In this document: piece after piece, positions 10,193 to 22,185 of the stretch
Layout of the letters: the number at the start of each line of letters is the position of its first letter
Numbering within the stretch: position 1 is the stretch's first letter
Assembly (NCBI RefSeq): GCF_963921235.1
Contig: NC_086106.1
Span: 23,250,001 to 23,314,000, forward strand
Origin: Mobula hypostoma
Lineage: Eukaryota
Length of the DNA stretch: 64,000 nucleotides
Reading direction: 5' to 3'
Position numbers and translations under genes: made by a program
Notes under the pieces: model-generated
Told to the model about the DNA's origin: nothing
The model's input: the letters and a program-made list of their open reading frames with translations, nothing else
Databases searched by the model: none

Positions 10193-10868
10193 ATAGATAT
10201 TCTGAAATTCTGAATATATGTGTGGAATGCAAGAGAAAGACGACAGAATATTTTGATGATGAAAAACACCATATGATAATTTTATACTGGTTAGAAGCAG
10301 GCAGAGAAGGAGAAAGATAAAACTAGATTATCGAAGAAGTAACATTTGACTCAAGAGAGTTCCTACACCACTTTACCAACGTCGCATCAGATAATATAAT
10401 CCCTTGCTTCATCATGAGGGCGACTTCGTCAAGATGAGATGTTTCAGAATATGTAACGAAGTTTGCTTATCTCTGTTGACCCGTCCCGGACATAGACAGC
10501 CCTCTGACGACATAGACACGCAGCTCTAGAAATGACATTTTCCGTGGTACAGTCGATCGACATGCCAAAGAGGTGTATGGTGGACATTCTAAAAGTGAGC
10601 TTCTTGCCGAATTTTAGAAAAAAAAAACACCGATAAGTACAAGGATGAATCTCAGACGGAGGTCGGTTCCTGAGACATATAAACTAGAGGAAGCATCTCG
10701 CGGCGTTCCGAAGTGACAAACAATGCTAAAATAAATTGAGCGGGTCACTGAGCGACTGCAGTTCTGTACGATAGAGCTATTGGCCCGTATTATAATGCAT
10801 AATTTTCTCTGCATCTCGGTTTCTATCCTTTCGCACTTTCAATTGCTACTTCATTCGTTGCACATCGG

Positions 10869-11008
10869 NNNNNNNNNNNNNNNNNNNNNNNNNNNNNNNN
10901 NNNNNNNNNNNNNNNNNNNNNNNNNNNNNNNNNNNNNNNNNNNNNNNNNNNNNNNNNNNNNNNNNNNNNNNNNNNNNNNNNNNNNNNNNNNNNNNNNNNN
11001 NNNNNNNN
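10869..11008. other. Assembly gap (140 N)
   Basis: Run of N. Confidence 1.
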
Positions 11009-13329
11009 TGTGCTCACATTTTGCCATTCTTCATTCGCTGTCTCATTGATTTTTAAATGCTATTAGAGTTTAGCAACACCCAGGGCAGAGTTGTGGGCCT
11101 ACTTGCCACAATAGGTTGGCTTCGATGGCGTGCAGATGTATAGTGCAGTACCAGAGAGGGACCAGGAAATATTTACATGTAATCCTTCGATCTTTCTACG
11201 GCTCAGCATAAAACCTGTCCTGACATCCTGCACACTATTTGACTGACCCAGCGTTTTGCGCCAGAGACGATTCTTGCTCCTCGCTTAAAATAGACGCCTG
11301 AATTTTCGACAAACCAGGAGGGTATGAAACCTACGGTCCAAATACTGCCCATTTTTACAGAATCTCACTGGGCGGCGCAGCCAATTTGGCTTTAGGAAGC
11401 ACAAAGAATGAATGCCGTGCAGCTATATATTACACATTCTGCTTCCCGTTCTCTCCATTTCGCTCACACTGTCTCTTCCCTTCTCTATTTCTATCTCTGT
11501 CAGTATCCCTGTATATCACATTGATTATCTATACTCCCTTTCTATCTCTATCACTCTCGTTTCTTTCTAGCTCCATGTCCGCCATATTCTGGTCATCCAT
11601 GTCTCCCCATTTACTATTGTCTCTTTCTGTTTCTTTGATATGTGGGTCATTTTTAATTTTATTTTTAATTAGGGATTCTCTCTTTCCTCCCCACCAACTC
11701 TCGCTTCACGCTTTCTTTCTCTCCATCTCTCTCGTCATCTTTATTATCCTCCCTCACTCTGTTATTCTCAGTGCCTTTCAATACTGCCACTCCATCCACC
11801 TGTCCTTCTCTTCTTCTGTCTCGCTGATAGTCCGCTGCATATCTCTGTGTAATTGTTTTATTTCTATTGCTTCCCCTCTCACTTCCCCTCACTCGCCTTG
11901 CACTCTTTGTGCTTGTGAGTGTGCTTATGTATTATCATCTCCCGTCCTTATCCTTACCTCTCCCGTTTTTCCTTTGCGTCTGCTACTCCGACAATCCTAC
12001 AGGTATTAGTTTCACAACATAGAAGTTCTCCCTATAAGAGTTTCCTAACGATAGGATATTAAACTGACGTTGACCCCTCCAGTGTGTGTTTTCCTGTCTG
12101 TCTCTTTGTTCTCTCCCTTTAAAAAGCCTCTCTTCCCTCTCAGTCTATCCACAAACGCCACAGAGGCTAGTGATTAGCACGACTCGACAATTGTTCTCGT
12201 CATTTTGAAGTTCGTAGTTCAATTCCGGAGCTGTGTTGCAAACAGACTTCACCGTGGAATACGCGGAATTTCCCCAGATATTCAAGTTTCATTAACAGAG
12301 CAACGATGCACAGGGCAGGTTAACTGGAAAATGTAAATTGTTCCATGATTAGCTGGAGATCATCCGTTTTGTCGATGGTTGCAGGGACAGTGCAGTTGAA
12401 GGGTTGTTAGGCCCTTCTCTGCGCTGTATCGCTACAATTGAAAAATAAACACATTCAGAATAAACCAATCTTGCATTAGATATAAAAACAATTTTATCAG
12501 CGACTGGCCCCGAAAGTAACAGATTTCACGTGCAAATCTGCTTTGCCAGAGTTTTATTTTTAGCTAATTCTTTTCTGGATCGTTCGAGAAGATGGCACAT
12601 TAATTATAATTGTCTGCATAGAAAGGTCTCACCAACTCATTTCCAATCTTACTTTAGCTGTATCCCGATATATAGTAGGGAAAGTAATGATTCCAAGCAA
12701 TTGTTGCCAGTTCGAAAGTTCCAAATGACTGTCATTTTCGCCGGAATGGAAAGTTCAGTAGAGCGCACTCTGCAACAATTAGATTGGCCTCATCTCTTCT
12801 GCGATAATATGGGCCCCATATACTACTGACGCACTACAGAGAAATGAGGACGGAATTGATTGGACATGATTCCTGGCAGTCTGTTCGGTAAATTCTGACA
12901 GGGATGGCGTTCACCGCCAGAATGCATCACCTCATTCTCCCCGTTCTTCTCTCGTGATCTCTAATCTTGTGAATTGATCTGAAGCGTGTTATTCTCCAGA
13001 ATAATTTCATGAAAACTGAAAAAAAAACCCTATGGACTGTTTAAGCTATGTTATTCAACTGTTGCGCTCAAGGAAGTCAAAGAACAAGGGTCAGTGCTCG
13101 GAGGAATGATGACAATTATCTGTGAAGCGAAGTCCTGTGTTTACAGTAACAGCTTTTCATTCATTGGCGACTGTATTTGATTCCTTCTAATTCAGAACAG
13201 GATCACGTCACCCTAATGATTTTTTATGCTCCGCCATGATGGTCGTGCAGCTTTACGCCATCTACAAATTTTGTGAGTGATGCTGTGGAAATGATGCAAA
13301 TTAAATGAACATGAAAGCAATCAAATACG

Positions 13330-13760
13330 ACTTCTCGCTACCAACTATACTATCCATACCTGCTCTTCTACCCAGATGTTGTTCGTCCATCGTCGACGTA
13401 GATGGGGACCTCGACACCATTATGATGGTGTTGATACTGGCGCTGATTTGGATTTAAGTTACGGAGAATTGTGCAGCGTCCGCCTCACTCTCTCTTCCGA
13501 ATTTGCATCTGGATCAAGTGACAATACATAGTCGGGACAGCTGGAGATAGGACTGGACGCAGTGGATGACCAGGACGTCTTATGTGTCTTGTTCTGCTTT
13601 ACACGTTCCACAACTTTGGCAGATTTCCGCTTTCTTGACTGTTGGACCTTCCATTGGTCACGACCGATCAATTTGCCGGAGTCTGTCTTCACATGCTGGG
13701 ATAGACAACTCCCTATCTCACCGAGGGTTTGCGACCAGTCGGCCACCCCCACCTAGTTTA
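13330..13760 (-). mobile_element. Possible RTE-type LINE 3' remnant
   Basis: Minus-strand translation ..GRDQWKVQQSRKRKS...SSTASSPISSCPDYV loosely resembles the RTE ORF C-terminus; highly degenerate. Confidence 0.3.
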
Positions 13761-14159
13761 GCCGGCTTGTCGACGCCGTTGCCCGGGGTATGACCGCTGT
13801 CGCATGCGAACAGCTACTGGGAGCCACGGGTGCAATCTGAGTGTCAGTTGGGGACCAAAGCTGGAGTAGGCGCCTTGAAATGAAGCGACACGTCCCCCAG
13901 CCACAGAGGTGCTACCCCTTCCTGACACCCCATACCCATACACCCCACTACCCACATACGACACAGCGACACACCCTTCGAATAATTGTTCCTTGCAGAG
14001 GGTGTTGAAAGAATTTTTTTTCTATGAAAGAAACAGGGGCAGCACGGAATAGAATACTGTTTGAAATATGATTACTGGCTACATCTGTCCCAAGGAGATT
14101 AATGTTTATATTTTGTTAAAAAAAAAAAATCACCATGGATCTTCTCAGACAGAAAACAT

Positions 14160-16345
14160 TTGGCACCCTATCCAGCTAAAGGCAGGAGCTGTAAGTGTTT
14201 CAACGGGTATCACACAGCGATCCCCTTAGAAATCAGGGACTAGCATTCAATCCAGTACTGTCCCAAGCAAAAATCAAAGCAACATTGCTAATCTTGGTGG
14301 ACCCAACGTGGAAGGAGGTCCAGAATATCATCAAGAAGGCCAGGTCATCAGCCGCTTCACTACCCAGCGGTAGAAGCTACCATTTGTATAATAAATGTCC
14401 GCAGATCCTCCGGTGTTTGTTGAAGCCAATGGCGAAGATTTGGATAAGTCTCCAACCCGCCAATCTGGAAAATTGTTGAAGGATGCTTTGTCCCAAAGGA
14501 ACAAATTCCTCCATAGTCATCCCGTTTACAATCTCTATTCTCACCAAGAATTGCAAGATATTCGTCTCGGTGCCTGCATGAAAGCTGGCTGTTTCTTGCT
14601 GGAGAACCACTGTTTCATTACCTCCACCCAGAAATGTGATATCCCATTTTTTTTTTCCGTGTCCATGCACAGATCTCAATAATCAGCCAATTGATTCGCT
14701 AGGCCAGACGACAGAAAGATAAACTAACATTTGTCGGGTTGTCCCTCGCGATCCCCTGCAGATTAACAATACAAGTCCTCATCCAGACAGGTCTGGTCCA
14801 CGACTATATCCCGCCAGTAACGAGAGACATAATTATAGGCTGCCTTGGAGGATTCATCTGAGCTTCAATTCAGCCTTCTTTACCACCAGATTGGAAGACT
14901 TCTCAAAAGGGATTCCGATCGGCTGCACAATGTTCTCGATCGTGTTTGTCATGGTTTTGAATCCTCTCATATTAGCAGCAGCAGACGTAACTCGTGACCC
15001 AGTCTTGGAGCCCGGCAACGGACAACCTGCAATGCGGACATTCACAGATCACATCACAATAATCACTGTAAACCATGTCCAGGCTAGATGGGTGTTAGAA
15101 ACACTGGACAACGTAGCTAGCAGGGATAGGATGACTATATGGCTACTTGGCGGGCCAAGAAGTCCAGATGCGTGATGACCAAAAAATGCTGGGTTACTAG
15201 CAAACTCAATCATCAGGTATGGGCAGGACGTCCTTCCATCCATTAAGGGCAACTCAGTGAAACGTCTTCGAATGCAGTTTAGTACAGCAATAACGGACAG
15301 CATCAGTATCACCGACACAGTAAAGCAGACCGACTAGTGTCTGAGGAAGATCTATTCAACCGTAGATTCATGACATGGCCGTAATAACATGACATTCTCC
15401 ATGCCTGTTCTGCATTTTCACGCTGTGAGGGATCCCCATGATCACTGTAGAATGCACGGAGAGGGAAGTCAACAAGCACCTGAAGAGGAGGCTGGGTATT
15501 CCCCCAACGTTTATTTAGTGGGGCTCTACGTAAGATCAGGCCAGCGACAGCTCCCGTTGTAATCGGTAGTGGAGGAGTTCAAGGTGAAAACGTGTAGAGT
15601 TCTGTTAGCATTTGGGGACACCAATATCAAGGTAATAAACCAAGAAAGATCCACACCAAGTTCGGGCCGAAAGTGGGCCGCCAACCCGGTCATAGACAAG
15701 GCAGTGAGCATTCAGAAATTCAGATATATCTTCAACAACCCATTCCGGTGTCGGCAAAGCTCGAATATGCAAACTTCCCACAATGCGGCATTGCAAGTGC
15801 ACGGAATTGGAGTGACATGACCCATGCAGAGATACGGAACCCCGAGGACGGAAAACGTTTATCAAGGACAGAAGTATTGGCCTCACTGGAGGCCTGGACG
15901 AAATAGGGCTAGGTTGGAAAATGGAGTCCTTCGGTACATATTTCCAGCCAGCGTCAATACATGACAGTTTCCTTCCAGTATCACAGCTGCACGCATGGTC
16001 ATCAGAGAGCACCACAACTGCAAAATTGAGGTCTGCGGGATTTACTGACACAGTGTATAACAAGACTCAAAATACCTTCAACACAAGACGGTATTGAGGA
16101 ACACCCCGGCAAAGTCCCGCTGCCCCGTGCTAACATATGCAACGGCAGACGTGAGAAACCAGATGGCGGAGTGGCAAATAGAGCAGTCGTTTTCATCAAG
16201 CAGAGGCCCGGCCAGTGCTATCAAAGAAGCTTACATCCAATCTGCTACAAACTGCCAAATAATAGGAGAGGAAGGTTGATGTGGCGAGGAAGCTGAACTG
16301 CACCGATGTAGTGCAAACCAGAGATCGTACTATGGTCCACTAAAG

Positions 16346-16388
<43 letters not shown>

Positions 16389-16600
16389 AACAAACAAACA
16401 AACCAAAAAACAACAACGTCTGGTGGAGATCATACTACCATGGCAGCAAGGATACGAGGAGGCTCACCAGAGGTAGGCCCTGAAGTACCAGTGCTTACTC
16501 AGGGTGCGTACGGGCAAACGTTGTCAGCCACATGTGTTCCCGCTGGAAGTCAACTTTAGAGGATCCCCGACAAGGTCGCTTGGAAATTACCGTCTGCGCT
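14160..16600 (+). mobile_element. Degenerate HERO-like (R2 superfamily, RLE-endonuclease) non-LTR retrotransposon
   Basis: RT motifs TSTQKCDIPFF, GIPIGCTMFSIVFVM and PAMRTFTDHITI (decayed YxDD). C-terminal PEIVLWST...LVEIILPW RLE-like motif interrupted by (CAA)n at ~16346-16388. Many stops and frameshifts. Confidence 0.7.
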
Positions 16601-17314
16601 GGGCCTTGATGAAAAGACCAAGAGCCAAGCAGACGTGAGGTGGAAATCTTGAAGTTAGGAGCTCCTGGTCAGTGACTTGCTGACCCGCCAGCTGAAGAGT
16701 GTCGTAGTTAAAGGTAGAAAGACTCTATGAAGGTTGGGCGCCACCTGACGACATCTGCTCCTGACCAAAGGCTACGGTTACCTCAGCAGATAACGGAAGA
16801 GCGTATCCGGTGAGAATCACCGGTGGTTTTATCGGCATCAGTATAGTGAATGGGTGGAGGACTGGGTGCGTCATATAATTAGAGGTATGCTATAAAAAGG
16901 CACACGTGGCTGATTGGTCACAGTGAGCTGTACGGCACCTGCATGTATCACCTAGCGCGCTAGATAGCCCTGACACAAGCTGAGCCAAGTATATTTTTGA
17001 TCATAATACGCAAAGGCTCACAGGTGTTAACGGACCTCGTGCAGAGGGAATTAGAAGAAGACTGACGAGAAGAGAATCACCGTGTACGATCGAAATTCAG
17101 ATGGCAGAACGGCCAAAATGATATTTGTGTTCGTTATAACAGAGGAAATGGGCAGTACTACCTAGCTGACATCACTCAAATCTTGCACAAACCCCCAGTC
17201 ATCTGGCCTATCTGCATCTGGGGTTTGAAATATTGTGCATAAAATGGGAAAGTCTTCAGATGATTTGTCATTATACAAATATATACATATATATACAAAC
17301 ATACAAATATATAG

Positions 17315-17611
17315 ATAGGGAAGCGTTAGTTTCGTGAGACCATGGATTTGCGCCTTTGAAGGTTTCCCGGGCGCAGGCATGGGCAAGTTTGTATGGAAGA
17401 CCGGCAGTTGACAATGCTGCAAGTCTCCCCTCTCCACGCCACCGCTGTTGTCCAAGGGAAGGGCACTAGAGCCGATACAGCTTGGTAACGGTGTCGTCGC
17501 AGAACAATGTGTGGTTAAGTGCCTTGCACAAGAACACAACCCGCTGCCTGAGCTGAGGCTCGAACTAACGACCTTCAGATCACTAGAACGACGCCTTAAC
17601 CATTTGGACAC
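17315..17611 (-). mobile_element. tRNA-derived SINE
   Basis: Minus-strand head with A-box-like (TGTCCAAATGGTTAAGG) and B-box (GTTCGAGCC) motifs; body shared with 25240-25468. Confidence 0.75.
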
Positions 17612-19789
17612 TTTCAATTGGCCTTATATTAGTGATGCCAGACAGAACGATGTGCGGAATGTTCGATTTTAAACGTTTCACTATCTGCCTCAAATATCTT
17701 GGCTTGGAGTGGGGCTTTACTCCCAGCCATACTTGTGGTACGGTGTAGTGCCCATTCAGGTAGGAATTAATAAGAGGAGGGGAATGTTGACTGTCGTCGG
17801 CTATCCCATTTGCACAAGCAGTCGCTATGGCGACTGGTTCTCATTCCATACGGCTCTCGCTTTGTCCTGCAACTGCTCACCAGACTGTACTCTCTCGACG
17901 TGCGACGGCGTGTTCACCGCTACACCTTGTGGAATGTCCGTAGATTGTGACAGCTCATGTTTCACAGGAGGTGAAGCATCCCTTGTAATCGAGGCACCGA
18001 ATGGGGAATTACGTTCACGTGAGAGAAGATATTTCGTGGAATAGGGTTGAGTGAATTGACTTTTTCGTCGCAGCTGCCGGGCTCCATGTTGCACGGTGGC
18101 CGTGCCAAATATTACTATTTCCATAACAGGAAATTCTAGCAGCCCGTCTTCTAGAATTTTGGGATGGAATCCAGCCGGGGGAGTAAGAGTAAGGGGGTGA
18201 GGTGGATCTGCTACTATTTTTGTATTTTGCGTTCTCCATTTTAGGATTAGGTTTTGGTGGCTATGTATTTTGGCCAGTTCTTCCAATTTATGGTGTTACT
18301 ACATACTGTATTCCAAAATTCATTTCGCCCCCCTATCATTGCATTTCGTCGTACTCTTCCAGTAACGAAAATTCCTCAGCCAAATGAACTTACACAGGGC
18401 CATTCTCCGTGGATTCACGCGTGTGAATACGAGAAATAATCAATCACATACCTGACATCTCCTATTTCCAGTCAAGCCCTGTCCGACTGGAGGCCCTGTT
18501 GTACTAGATGGTGAGCCAGAAGTTCCTTCGTCTTATTGTACTCTTTTACGCTTTGCCCAGTAGGTTTGTTCATTGGAGCCTTTTCGGTTGATCGGCAGGC
18601 TTTCGGGTTGTGTCTCTTCCCGTCGGCATATCACTGTTGGCTTTTCCTCACTTACTTTCAGTGCTATCCATTTATTCACTTTGAGTTGCAGATGAATCAG
18701 TAATAAAATGTATTTGTTAATCACAATACAATTTTCTTACCTGGTTCTGGCCAGATATCTGTCTTAAACTCCCTATTACCCTTTAATTTGACTATAAATT
18801 GCACCCGCTGTTTTCCATTCGCCATCTTGAACGGAGGATAGGGGTGGTCACCGGCGGGGAAAACCTTCACCGGTCTTGCCCTATTGGTCTCGGCTCTCCT
18901 CGAGAGTCACAGCAGCTCTCGGTCAACGGAAGAATTTTCCAATCGCAACTCATGTTATTACAGATATGTATTATCTCTGGGGTTCGTTTGGATCCTTATA
19001 TCAACAGGGATTCCTTCCTCTTCGCCCAATTTTTAGGGAGGGTAATCGGGAAAAGAAGTTCGATGAAGGTTACTCACAATTAAAATGGACACTAACGTCG
19101 AGGTGAAGAGAACCTTACTCAGAACATCATATGCAGTTCAGGTTCCAACAATGTGTTTCCTGCTCCAAATTATATACTGATCACAGTTCAATTCACGCAT
19201 CTACAATTCATTTGCAGAAACAAAGCCTGTTCGACTAGCGTCATGACTTAAAAAAGGTAACAGGTTTACAGCCAAAAATTTAAAATGCTGTTCTGTGTAC
19301 AGCTTTGCATTATTTTGGGGCAATGGATAATGTAAACTTGCATAAGACCAATTGATAGCGAGAAATTAATGGGGGAATCTATCAGTTTGATCGTTTGTAT
19401 TACGCTCAGCCATATTTTACGAAACTGTGTTTTCCCTTTTAAACTAACCAGGAAAGTTTTTTTTTCTCATTCATTTTGACCAGTAGCTTTGTTAAGGGGA
19501 AAGAGGCTCACAGGATTGGTAATTTGGACAGAAAATACTCACTGCGAATAGGCACATTAACCATTATTTTGCAGAAAAAAAAACAGAAGTATCATTCGAT
19601 TAAATATCTATGTCAAACAGATACTCAATTGACGCCGCCCTTCAATCGCTCTGACACTAAGAATATATTAGCAACTGAAACTCATCGGGTTCATCACTAT
19701 GCCTCGATAAATTACACATCCACAGCTAAACACTCAACAGAAACCCAGTGAGCGTGCGCATTGGTCAATGTTCTATTTACATGCAGGGC

Positions 19790-22185
19790 GTCCGGTAAAT
19801 GAGTGGGCCAGTGAAGGAGTGGAGCTTTGAGGCTTTGGCTCGACAGGCGTCGGCGAGCAGAGGCTGAGGACGAGCTTGGCCCCAGTGAGGTAAGGCCGGG
19901 TACGTTTCTTTAATTAATTTAATTAACTTGGGAGTTGGTAATAGAGGCAGTATATAGGGCATTCCAGTGCTCCGATTGGAAGATGTGGGAATTCAATGAC
20001 AGGACAATTGTCTCTGATGACTACACCTGCAAAAGGCGCATCCAGCTGCAGCTATGTTAAACCGAGTTAGGGAACTGGAGCTGGAGCTGGCTGAACCTCG
20101 GATCATTCGGGAGGCAGAGGCAGTAATAGATTGGAGTTTCAGCGAGACAGTCACCCCTACAAAATCAGAAGACAGGTAACTGGGTGACTGTAAGGAGAGC
20201 GAAGTGGAATAGACAGAAAGAGCAGAACACCCCTGTGGCCGTTCCAACAACAATAAGTATATAGTTTTGGATACTGTTGGTGGGGGCGATCTACCAGGGA
20301 CAAGTTCTAGTGGTCACCTCTCTGGCACCGAGACTGGACCCTCAGCTCAGAAAGGTAGGAAGGAAAATAGGAGAGCAGTAGTGATAGGGGATTCGATATT
20401 TAGGGGGACAGAAAGAGGATTTATTGGTGAAATCGAAAATCCCGAATGGTCTGTTGCCTCTCTGGTGCATGGGTCCGCGGTGTCTCGGAAGAAGTTCTCG
20501 GTATACTCAGGAGAGTGGTTAGCAGTCAGATGTCGTGATCCACGTGCGGACCAATGACATAGATAGGAGTGGAGAAGAAGTTCCTGAAGATATAAAAAAA
20601 AAGCAGGACCACAAAGGTGATAATCTCGGGCTTGCTGCCTGTGCCACGAGACAGAAAGGGTAGGAACACGAAGTTGTGGCAGATGAATGCGTAGCTGAAA
20701 ATTTGGTGCAGGGGGCATCTCTTCATATTTTTGGATCATTGGGATCTCTTCTGGGGAAGGACTGATCTCTAAAAAAAGGGCGGGCTGCACCTGAAATGCA
20801 AAGGGACCAATGTCCTAGCAGGGCAGGTTTGACAAAGCATTTGGGGGGGGGGGGTGTTAAACTAGTTTGGCGCGGGAGGGTGTGGGAATCAGAATGTGAG
20901 TGTAGAGATTCGGGTAAAAGGACAAGGGCATGATGTTATGTATTCAGGCAGGGGACAAAACATAAATGTAGTCAGTTGCAGGGCTTTAAATGTGCCTATT
21001 TCAACGCTAGGAGCATTAGGAATAAAGGGGATGAATTCAGAGCAACACACACAACAATGCGGGTGCACGCAGCAGGCCAGGCAGCATCGATAGGAAGAGG
21101 TCGAGACGCTCCGTCAGGTCAGGACTTTCAGATAGCCCTGATGAAGTATCTCGGCCCGAAACGTCGACTGTACCGGGGTTTAGAAGTTTTAAAAGGAATA
21201 TGATTGGAGGTAGAAAAGGTGGTGGTGGAGGTGGGCGGTGGGGGTTGATCGTAGCATTACTGGTCACGGCTATAGAAATGGAGGGCGCTGCAGAGCGAGT
21301 GTCCACTGAGTCGGTGTAGTTGGAAGTCAGAAGTAGGAAGGGATCATTCTCTGTGCCGGGATTAGTCCATAGGATCCCAAATAACCCTCGGAAAACCGAT
21401 GAGCAAATTGGCAGGCAGATTTTAGAATGGTGCAGGAAACACAGGTTTGTAGTTATGGGTGATGTCAACTTCCCGCATATTGACTGGCACCCTCTGACTG
21501 CAAAGGGAAAAAAATAGGGCTTAACTTTTCAGGTGTGTTCAAGAAGGATTCCTGATACAGTATGTGTACCGGCCGACGAGAGGAGAGGCCACACTGGATC
21601 TAGTTCTGGGTAATGATCTTGGTCAAGTGGCAGACCTCTTTGTGGGGAAACATTTTGGTTAGAGTGACCACATCTCCCTTCGCTTCAGCATAGCTATGGA
21701 AAAGGATAAAAACAGACAAAATGGGAAAGTGCTTAACTGGGGAAGGGCAAACTATGAAGTGATGATGTAGGAACTGACGAGAGTAAATTGGAAACAGTTG
21801 TTCAAGGGTGAAAGCACAGAAGTAATATGGAGGAAGTTTAGAAATCACCTGTGCTGGGTTCAGGATAGGGTTGTCCCACTGAGACAAGGAAAAACATGGT
21901 AGGAAAAAAGAACCGTGGCAGAAGAAACACGTGGGGCAACTCGTCAAGAGGTTGAAGGAAACATATGTTAGATATAAGAAGCAGGTAGCAGGAGGGGCTC
22001 ATGAGAAATATAGGGTTGTGAGGAAGGAGCTTTAGAAAGGACTTAGGATAGCTCGCCGGAGGCATGAAAAGGCCCTAGCATGTGGGATTAATAAGGTCCC
22101 CCAGGCGTTCTATGGGTATGTGAAGAAAAGAGAGATGTCAAGAATGAAGGTGGGAACGTAAGGGATAAAGACGGCAACATGTACC
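19790..22185 (+). mobile_element. CR1 LINE 5' part (5'UTR, ORF1 zinc finger/esterase, ORF2 endonuclease), degenerate and 3'-truncated
   Basis: ORF1 pieces DDYTCKR.IQLQL...RELELEL and RAVVIGDSIFRGT. ORF2 pieces LKCAYFNARSIRNKGDE, HRIPNNPR..VVMGDVNFPHIDW and LDLVLGNDLGQV. Confidence 0.85.
21045..21173. mobile_element. Penelope-like pseudo-LTR fragment (partly inverted) inserted in CR1; contains decayed hammerhead core
   Basis: Matches 36680-36780 in both orientations; CTGATGA...GAAACGTCGACT at 21138-21169. Confidence 0.7.

Noticed and set aside
11386-12009. 207-aa hydrophobic ORF
   Set aside because: Product of CT-rich low-complexity sequence.
12530-12829. ORF ending in GPIYY* resembling a YYC motif
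   Set aside because: No other V features and no RSS downstream.
16038-16070. CACAGTG + 12 nt + CAAAATACC cryptic 12-RSS
   Set aside because: It lies inside the HERO-like element, the nonamer matches only 6/9, and there is no D or J coding context. Other isolated heptamers (~16919, 24285, 34886, 38565, 48966, 53464) also lack nonamers.
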